Part shown: positions 20,741 to 28,600 of the stretch, piece after piece
How positions within the stretch are numbered: the first letter of the stretch is position 1
Layout: each line of letters starts with the position of its first letter
Source: Candidatus Omnitrophota bacterium
GTDB lineage: Bacteria; Omnitrophota; Gorgyraeia; Zapsychrales; JANLHA01
Assembly: GCA_040753435.1 (NCBI GenBank)
Contig: JBFMEN010000029.1
Location: forward strand, 8,173 to 72,172
Direction: 5' to 3'
DNA: 64,000 bases
Made by a program: the position numbers and the translations under genes
Notes under the pieces: generated by a model
Database searches by the model: none
Told to the model about the DNA's origin: nothing
Seen by the model: only the letters and a program-made list of their open reading frames with translations

Positions 20741-20864
20741 CAGGAAAAGCGAAAAGGGAAGGGAAAGGCGAAGCGGCCGCGGCCTGCTCCCAGATTGTTC
20801 GTTTTGTTTTTGACTTTTCGCCGTTTGATATTCGCCCGCCGCTTTTCGTTTAAAGGAATAAAAA

Positions 20865-22928
20865 ATGAAAATCAGCCTGAACTGGATTAAAGATTATGTT
20901 GTCCCCGGAATTCCTGCAGATGAACTTGCCAGGCGTTTGACCATGGCGGGACTGGAAGTGGAAAAGAGTGAAACTGTCGGCGGCGATACGGTTTTTGAAT
21001 TTGAAATTACGCCCAACCGCCCGGACTGTTTAAACATGATCGGACTGGCGCGGGAGATTTCCGCGGTTTTAAAAAAGCCGTTGATCCTGCCGAAGATTAC
21101 TGCAAGAAAGTTTCCAGCGAAAAAATGTGATGTGACCATTGAGGCTTCCGAAGCCTGCACCCGGTACATCGGGACTGTGATCGAAGGCGTTAAGATTTCG
21201 CCTGCGCCGGCACAATTGCGCAAGCGCCTTGTTGCATTGGGAAGCCGGCCGATCAGTAACGTCGTGGACATCACCAATTACTGTTTGTTTGAAATTGGTC
21301 AGCCGCTGCACGCTTTTGATCTGGACAAGCTGGAAGGAAAAAAAATTGTAGTGCGTTTTGCAAAAAAAGGCGAAAAGATCGTCACGCTGGACGGCATTGA
21401 GCGGGAGCTCGATCCGTCCGTTCTGGTCATCGCCGATGCCAGGAAACCGGTGGCGCTCGCCGGGATAATGGGCGGCGCCAACAGCGAGGTCACGGAAAAC
21501 ACCAAAAATATTTTGCTTGAAAGCGCCTGTTTCGATCCGGTTTTAATCCGGCGGACCGCCAGAAAACTGGGACTGTCCAGCGACTCGTCTTACCGTTTTG
21601 AACGGGGGGTGGTTTTTGAGTACGTGGCGACCGGAGCAAACCGGGCGGTAGACCTGATTTTGGAGTCTGCCGGCGGAACGGTAATCTCCCGTTCGGATGT
21701 TATGGGTTTGAATCCCACCCGCCGCTTTTTAAAAACCGTAACACTGAACCTTGAAAAAATGAACGCGTTCCTGGGGGCGAAGGTTCCGCAAACCGAAGCC
21801 AAACGGATTTTGAAAGCGCTGGGTTTTTCGTTTACAACCGGCAAGGCTTCCGCACTGAAGGTCAAGCCGCCGGTTTTCAGGCCGGATGTCCAGCGGCCCG
21901 AAGACCTTTACGAGGAAATCGCCCGGGTCCTCGGCTACAACAATCTCCCGTCATCGTTTCCCTGTGTCAAAATGACCGGAATGAATTCAAATCAATCCCG
22001 GAAGAAACGGCATGAAATTGCTGAGCGTCTTTTATCGCTGGGTTTTAGCGAAGTCCTGACTTACACCCTGATCAACAGGGAACAGGCGGTCAACGCCGGT
22101 GTTTCGAACCTCTCGTTTATGAAGGTTTTAAATCCGTTAAGCAAAGACCAGGAGGCCCTTCGGCCCCATTTGCTCCCGAGCCTGCTTCAAGCCGCCAAGA
22201 CAAATTTAAACCACGGGCAAAAAGACCTGATGATTTTTGAAACCGGCAAAGCGTATCCTCACGGCGGTGAACGCGAAGAGCTCGGAATTTTATTAACCGG
22301 CGACGCTGCACATGACTGGCGGATTTCTGGCGCGCGTACAGTTGATTTTTACGATCTGAAAGGTGCGGTCGAGATTGCGGTTGGACCATTTGTATCCGGA
22401 GACATAATTTTTAAAGTCAGCGAAGAACAATTTTTGGAGGAAGGCCAGCGCGCGGACGTTTTTGTCGGGCAGCCAGAAGATACTTCCGGAAAGGCTTCCT
22501 CAAAAAAGATCGGCGTTTGCGGCAAGGTTGGCAGTCAGGTTCTTGAGCAAAACGGCATCAGGCAGGACAATGTTTTTTTTGCACAGATCGATCTTGAGGT
22601 TGTTTATGCCCTGACTAAAAAAGAGAAAGCTTATGTCCCTGCTTGCGAGTTTCCCGGCATTGCCCGTGATGTCAGCATTGCTGTCAGCAAAAACATCTTT
22701 TTTGACGAGATCTGCCGGGTTGTCCGGCAGTTTGGCGGAGAGTTTTTGCGGACAATTCAGTTAAAAGAACAGTATCTCGGGGAGAAAATCCCTGCCGATC
22801 AGCGAGGACTGGTTTTTTCCGTAGTTTATCAGGCCCCGGACCGGACCCTGACTGAAGAAGAAATCCAGACCGTTCATGAAAACGTTCTGCGAAAACTTAT
22901 CGAGCGTCTGGGCGCGTTGATCCGGTAA
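20865..22928 (+). CDS. pheT: Phenylalanine--tRNA ligase beta subunit
   Basis: MKISLNWIKDYV N-terminus, B3/4 and B5 domains, and a C-terminal FDX-ACB-like domain. 687 aa. Confidence 0.9.
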   Translation: MKISLNWIKDYVVPGIPADELARRLTMAGLEVEKSETVGGDTVFEFEITPNRPDCLNMIGLAREISAVLKKPLILPKITARKFPAKKCDVTIEASEACTRYIGTVIEGVKISPAPAQLRKRLVALGSRPISNVVDITNYCLFEIGQPLHAFDLDKLEGKKIVVRFAKKGEKIVTLDGIERELDPSVLVIADARKPVALAGIMGGANSEVTENTKNILLESACFDPVLIRRTARKLGLSSDSSYRFERGVVFEYVATGANRAVDLILESAGGTVISRSDVMGLNPTRRFLKTVTLNLEKMNAFLGAKVPQTEAKRILKALGFSFTTGKASALKVKPPVFRPDVQRPEDLYEEIARVLGYNNLPSSFPCVKMTGMNSNQSRKKRHEIAERLLSLGFSEVLTYTLINREQAVNAGVSNLSFMKVLNPLSKDQEALRPHLLPSLLQAAKTNLNHGQKDLMIFETGKAYPHGGEREELGILLTGDAAHDWRISGARTVDFYDLKGAVEIAVGPFVSGDIIFKVSEEQFLEEGQRADVFVGQPEDTSGKASSKKIGVCGKVGSQVLEQNGIRQDNVFFAQIDLEVVYALTKKEKAYVPACEFPGIARDVSIAVSKNIFFDEICRVVRQFGGEFLRTIQLKEQYLGEKIPADQRGLVFSVVYQAPDRTLTEEEIQTVHENVLRKLIERLGALIR

Positions 22929-22995
22929 AATCCGGATTCCCCGGCCGCAACCCGGTTCCGGTTTTGGAGTCTTGTAAAAAAGGCGGGAGCTTTTC

Positions 22996-23229
22996 TTGAA
23001 AATGCGAACGACAAAACCATCAGCATTTACCCTCCTCGAAATCATTATTGTCATTATTATTATCGGCGTTCTTGCCGGCCTTGGATTGCCGCGGCTTTTT
23101 AAGTCAATAGAAGAGTCCCGGTTGTCGGAAGCCGCGGCGAACATTTCGTCACTCCGCAGCGCAGCCGAGCCTTTAAAACTGTTTTTCGATCTCGCTCGAG
23201 CACAATTGCGCGCAAAACCATTATTTTGA
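22996..23229 (+). CDS. Prepilin-type N-terminal cleavage/methylation domain protein (short, 77 aa, type IV pilin or pseudopilin-like)
   Basis: KPSAFTLLEIIIVIIIIGVLAGLGLP is a class III signal peptide plus hydrophobic helix with the Glu at +5. There is almost no globular domain, so it may be a remnant. Confidence 0.5.
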   Translation: MKMRTTKPSAFTLLEIIIVIIIIGVLAGLGLPRLFKSIEESRLSEAAANISSLRSAAEPLKLFFDLARAQLRAKPLF

Positions 23230-23283
23230 AAGTTTTTTGGCAATGGTTCATGTGAATTAATTCGACCTTCGCCGAAAGCCCGG

Positions 23284-23311
23284 TTGATTTTTTGAAATCC
23301 GGCGGTATAAT
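23284..23311 (+). promoter_or_regulatory. Sigma-70-like promoter candidate (TTGATT, 16-nt spacer, TATAAT). It would drive a ~350-nt structured leader upstream of rarA.
   Basis: -35 at 23284-23289 and a perfect -10 at 23306-23311. Confidence 0.4.
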
Positions 23312-23474
23312 AACAATCGCCCTGCGGTGTGCGTTAGCGCTAAAAAAAATGAACCAACGCATCTATAAAGGGACGCCAAACTTCCGACAGTCCTTATGGG
23401 CTGCCGGGGAGGTACCCACGTGGTTACCAGGTTCTCTTTAATTTAGTGCGACGGCATTCGCGGGGCATTTTTAA

Positions 23475-23576
23475 TTTCGCTTGCAAGGGTTCATACCCCG
23501 CAGCTTGCTGCGCGGAATGAAGCCTTTTTCAGGATACCTCGAGGCTCGCCTCGAGGAGTTAAGGCAGGCTTCATTT
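23475..23576 (+). repeat. 102-bp direct repeat, copy A (upstream of rarA). It contains the internal inverted repeat aatgaagcc/ggcttcatt and a tandem cctcgagg-ctcg-cctcgagg.
   Basis: 100/102 identical to 25047-25148. Confidence 0.9.
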
Positions 23577-23593
23577 CCCCGTTTAAATTTCAT

Positions 23594-23622
23594 GTAGAGA
23601 CGTCCCGTCGGGACGTCTCTAC
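23594..23622 (+). repeat. Palindromic element copy 2 (GTAGAGACGTCCC-gtc-GGGACGTCTCTAC) in the rarA 5' UTR
   Basis: Same arms as 19633-19681. Both copies are preceded by tt(c/t)atgtagag and lie 20-45 nt upstream of an ATG. Confidence 0.8.
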
Positions 23623-23666
23623 GCATCAAAGCCTTTCCTTAGGGGGAACCACGAGCATCATTAATC

Positions 23667-25010
23667 ATGAAAAAACAAAAAACATCCTTCAACAACAACC
23701 CCGACTTTTTTTCTGAAGAACAACAACGTGAAATTCTTAAAACATCCCCGTTAAGCGTCAGGATGCGGCCCCAGGTCCTTGAAGAATACGCAGGACAGCG
23801 GCATATCCTGGGGGAAGGAAAACTGCTTACCCGTGCAATTGAATCGGACCGGATCAGCTCGTTGATTCTTTACGGCCCTCCGGGAACAGGGAAAACCACG
23901 CTGGCGTACTGTATCAGCAATAAAACGGATGCGATTTTTGAACGCGTCAACGCCGTGGCGTCAAATGTTGAAGAATTGCGTCAGATCATTTCCGGGGCGC
24001 AAAACCGGAGGCTCACTTCCGGAAGGAAAACGATCGTCTTCATTGATGAAATCCACCGTTTTAACAAGGCCCAGCAGGACGTTTTAATGCCTGATGTGGA
24101 AACCGGAAATATTATTCTCATCGGCGCCACGACGCTCAACCCGTTTTTTTCCCTGGTCAGTCCTTTATTGTCGCGTTCGCTGGTCTTTGAGCTCCAGCCG
24201 CTTTCAACTGAAGATATTCTGGAGTTGCTTCACCGGGCTTTGAAGGACAAGGAGCGCGGGCTCGGTTTCCTGAATGTGAAAGCTGACGCGAAGGCCCTTC
24301 GTTTTCTGGCTGAAACAAGCGACGGGGACGCCAGACGAGCCTTGAATGCCCTTGAGATCGGGGTTTTGACAACTCCAAAATCCGCTGACGGAAGCATTAA
24401 TTTGTCAATGGATGTCGCCCAGGAATCCATCCAGAAAAAACAGGTCGTCTATGACAGAGACGGCGACGCGCATTATGACACGATTTCCGCGTTTATTAAA
24501 TCCATGCGCGGCTCGGATCCCGACGCGACGCTCTATTGGCTGGCCAAAATGATTTATGCCGGCGAAGATCCCCGTTTTATCGCCCGCCGGATTTCAATTT
24601 GCGCGGCTGAAGATGTGGGAAATGCCGATCCCCAGGCCCTGGTCCTGGCCATGGCAGCTTTTAACGCCGCAGAGGTCCTTGGTTTGCCCGAAGCCCGTAT
24701 CCCTTTGGCCCAGGCCGCGGTTTATGTCGCATGCGCCCCGAAATCCAATTCCGTTATTACAGGCATTGACCAGGCCCTGGCGGATGTTAAAGAAAACAAA
24801 ATCCAGTTCGTTCCCGTTCATTTAAAAGACGCCCATTATCCCGGAGCCAAAACACTGAAGCACGGCGAAGGGTACAAATACGCGCATAATTATGAAGGGC
24901 ATTATGTTGATCAGGAGTACATGCCGGAAAAGACGGTTTATTATCACCCAGGTGATGAAGGATATGAGCAAAAAATCAAGGAAAGAATAAAAAAACGGCG
25001 AAAAAGCTGA
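23667..25010 (+). CDS. rarA: Replication-associated recombination protein A (AAA+ ATPase RarA/MgsA)
   Basis: Walker A LILYGPPGTGKTTLA, Walker B IVFIDEIHRFNK, and the MgsA C-terminal domain (YDRDGDAHYDTISAFIKSMRGSDPDA). Confidence 0.93.
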   Translation: MKKQKTSFNNNPDFFSEEQQREILKTSPLSVRMRPQVLEEYAGQRHILGEGKLLTRAIESDRISSLILYGPPGTGKTTLAYCISNKTDAIFERVNAVASNVEELRQIISGAQNRRLTSGRKTIVFIDEIHRFNKAQQDVLMPDVETGNIILIGATTLNPFFSLVSPLLSRSLVFELQPLSTEDILELLHRALKDKERGLGFLNVKADAKALRFLAETSDGDARRALNALEIGVLTTPKSADGSINLSMDVAQESIQKKQVVYDRDGDAHYDTISAFIKSMRGSDPDATLYWLAKMIYAGEDPRFIARRISICAAEDVGNADPQALVLAMAAFNAAEVLGLPEARIPLAQAAVYVACAPKSNSVITGIDQALADVKENKIQFVPVHLKDAHYPGAKTLKHGEGYKYAHNYEGHYVDQEYMPEKTVYYHPGDEGYEQKIKERIKKRRKS

Positions 25011-25046
25011 TAATTCTTGCTTGTCGCAGGGGTTGTTTAATTTTGA

Positions 25047-25148
25047 TTTCGCTTGCAAGGGTTCATACCCCGTAGCTTGCTGCGCGGAATGAAGCCTTTT
25101 TCAGGATACCTCGAGGCTCGCCTCGAGGAGTTAAGGTAGGCTTCATTT
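25047..25148 (+). repeat. 102-bp direct repeat, copy B (downstream of rarA)
   Basis: See copy A. Two substitutions. Confidence 0.9.
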
Positions 25149-25208
25149 GACCAGGATTTTTTAAAAAAAAGCTGTTTCGATTTATAAAAAGAACAATATT
25201 TCCAAAAA

Positions 25209-25236
25209 AGACCGAATTTCCATTCGGTCTTTTTAA
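25209..25236 (+). terminator. Rho-independent terminator (agaccgaat-ttcc-attcggtct followed by TTTT)
   Basis: 9-bp stem followed by a T-run. An upstream A-run could make it bidirectional. Confidence 0.6.
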
Positions 25237-25622
25237 TTTAAAAATGTTTTTTAGAGAAACTGCCCGCCCGTTTGTCCTCCAGAAATATGTTTTTAGTCTT
25301 TACCAGTTGGCGCATAATCAAGTTGCCCGGGGAGCAGGAACTACACACTTTTGGAAAGTTACAACTTTTGAGCAAATCCAGGTTTAATTGGCGCCAGAGG
25401 ATTTCCTGGGAATTCTCCTAAATGCTTAAAATTTTAGGTGGTTTGATGGGTTTTAGTGACGAAAAAAACAGAATTATTTATCGACGGGCTGGTAACATGA
25501 ATTATGAGTCAACGAAGCCCGTTTTTAAATTCTTCGGTAACATTTAACATGAGTCAATTTTTTATTCGGTCTTTATTGACAATATTATTATATTATATGC
25601 TATACTTACAAATATTTACGCA

Positions 25623-28600
25623 GTGTTGCTTTTCCCCGAACGAAAGTCGTTTCATTTCAAAAAGATAGGACTTTTCATGATTCGCCGCATAACGGCTTCC
25701 ATCATTCTGGCCGTTTTTATTTTAACTATTCCTGCTCAAATGGGAATCGCGCAAGTTTTCACGCCGGTTCCAATGCCCACACAAACAGTTGGTATCAGCA
25801 ACACGTTTTTTCCTCCATTGATGGTCGGAATCCAGGTTGATCCGCAAAATCCGCTAAAATTTGATTTTTTTATGTCAAAAGGGCAAGAAAAGCTCGAAGA
25901 AAACATTAAAAAACAAGAATATTTAAAAATTTTGCGCTATTTTCTTGCGTCAATGACGATTCCTGAGGATCATCTCTGGGTTAACCTTTCTCCAACAGAG
26001 AAAGACCGGATTATCGCGGATGATTTCAGCAGAACTCAAATGGGCATGGATTTGTTGGCCCAGGATTATTTTCTGAAACAACTAACGTCTTCATTAATGA
26101 ATCCAGATGATGAAAGCGGCAAAAAGTTTTGGAAAAAAATTAAAAAAGAGGCTAAAAAACGATATGGAATTACAGAAATTCAAACAAGTGTTTTAAATCG
26201 TGTTTGGGTTCTTCCTGAAAAAGCGATTGTGTATGAACAGGAAAAATCAGCATGGGTAATTTATTGCCGGCTGAAGGTGATGCTGGAAGAAGATTTTTTA
26301 AGTTCCCCGGATCCCCAGTTCCCTGGTTCCGCAGCAAAGGATTTGACCGGGGCGCCGGGGCACGGGGGCACTGGGGAACTTGAAAAGCAGGTTATGCGCG
26401 AGGTAATCATTCCCGAATTGGAGCGCGAGGTCAACGAAGGGAAAAACTTTGCCGTCCTGCGTCAGATTGTCAATGCAATGGTAATGGCCGAATGGTACAA
26501 GAGGTCATTAAAGGAAAGTATTTTAGGGAAGGCTTATGTTAATCAGTCCAAGGTCAGCGGAATCGATACGGAAGATTTTAAACGGAAACAGCAGATTTAT
26601 GACGCTTATTTGAAGTCATTTCAACAGGGCGTTTATGATTTTATTTATGAAGATATTGATGAAGAGACCGGAGCGATTTCGCCGCAACACTATTTTTCAG
26701 GAGGATATCAGCCCGATTTAAAAAAGGCTGTTAGCGTTGTTGATGACCCTGGAGAAATCCCCCTTCAATATCGTGTTCCTTCCGAGCAATACATAAAAAA
26801 AGTAACTCAGTCCGGAATTGATCGTGTGACCGGCGGAGCGCAACTGGTAAGTTCCCCGGAGCAACAATCCACCCCAGCAAAGAGCCCTTCCGGGGAAAAT
26901 TTATCCACAAAAGGCAAGGACATTCCTTCAGACAAGGAAGCCGCAGAAAAAGGTTCTACCGGGAAACAGGGTGGGGGGCTTGATCATGCCATGCTCGCTG
27001 ATTTTAAACCCTCCAAAGATTACAGCAGGCTGGAATTTCCAGAGCTGGCAGAGGATTTTTTTCAATTGATGCAAAAATTTGTCGAGTCCCTGGACGAGGA
27101 GGAGTGGGGGCAAGCTAAACAGGTGTATGTAGATTTGAAAACGATGACCGGGTTTTTAAGCGGGAAAGCGAAGGCGCAATCTTTTGAAGATTTTCGGAAA
27201 ACTACAGGGGCGATTCTGGATCGGACGGAAATTTTTCTTCAGTTGTTCGGCGGGCGGCAGGTGAACACGGAACAGGGTTCGGCCGTCTCCGTGGACATGA
27301 ACGTTCTTCAAAAGGAAATGGTCCAGATTGGGCAGAAGAAATTTTCTGAACAGACACGAAAGCTGATTGATCAAATCATTGAGGAAGTTGTCAGCGAGCT
27401 CTTTGATGATGAGGCTGAGAAGAGAAAGTGGCGGGAAAAACTGACGCGGGATATTGTGATGATGAATTTTGAAAACATGATCCCGGAAAAGGTTATCGGC
27501 GACATCGCCGCGCATAAAGATTATTTGATCAGCACGGTCCTTGAAATGACAAAAGGCCTGGGGCAAGCTGAAGGGTTTTTTGATCCATATGCCTCCTCGC
27601 GGAAAGTTTTCTTGAAAGATTTCGACGGGAATGAAGCGTTGTTCAGGGGCGTCGTTGAGCATGAGCTTACGCATTACGGCATTTTCCGTATTCCTGAACA
27701 ATGGGAAAACATTTCATTCGCCGTCTCACTGTTGGCAGCGATTTCTTTTGCTGAAAAACAGGGCCAGGCAATCGATGTTTATTTTAAGGAATTTTCCGAT
27801 CCGCATGTTTTTACTCCTGCTCTTGTAAAAGCCTTGTTTGAAAAAGGGCGGGTGATGGGGCAAGGCGGCGAGACCGGTTTTATCGTTTCGCCTGGCGTTT
27901 CCGACCGGAACGCCGGATACTTTTCGACCGAGTATTTGCTGTCTTTGACAAGAGAGGTTTTTGAAGAGACCGGGGCGCGGACCGATCTTTTACACGATGA
28001 TTATCAAAAACAGCGCGCGGCCGGGATGATGATCGCAGGCATGTTGCTGGGCATGAATGACAAGGATGCCGCAAAAAAACCTCTCCGGCTGTTAAAAGAT
28101 TTTTTTGATGTGCTGTATGAACGCTACGGCGATCCGACCGAAGCCAGCCCTCAAACCGGTTCCGGGGTTAAAAAATTAATTCAGGATCTTGAAAAATATC
28201 TTTCCTCTTCGGCAGGGATGATCGTCAAGCTCAAACCCGTCGCGAGCGGATCCTGGAATTTCAGGACAACAGGGCAGTTTTCGGCTGAGGTGGATTTTGT
28301 TATTTCCGACCTTTTTCCCCGTTTCTACGACGGGAAAGATAAAAATGATGCTGAGGGACAGATGGAGGCCGCCCGGGAACGGGCCTTCGGCCAGGCGTTT
28401 CTCGCGTTATCGAAAACAAAGAACGGGATGCGCCACCTGATGCACGGGCTGGACCCGTCTATTCAGAACGAGCCAGCTTCGATCCATTTATGGGACACAC
28501 TGTTGTTGTCAAAGTCCGCGAAGATCGGGGTGGATGTGAACGCGCAAAAGCTGAGAACCGGATCCATTGAGGAACAATTTACCGGTTCAGGACGCTGGAT

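Noticed and set aside
23240-23470. Known structured RNAs (RNase P RNA, tmRNA, SRP/4.5S RNA) in the pheT-rarA spacer
   Set aside because: None of the conserved cores is present (RNase P: GGAAAGUCCGG and AGGGUGAAA. tmRNA: tag ORF and tRNA-like 3' end. SRP: GGAAGCAGCC domain IV). Left as an unclassified leader or candidate ncRNA.
25576-25606. Promoter TTGACA ... TATACT upstream of the giant gene
   Set aside because: The spacer is 19 nt, which is too long. Alternative -10 hexamers are poor. Left unannotated, although the AT-rich 25150-25620 region very likely contains the real promoter.
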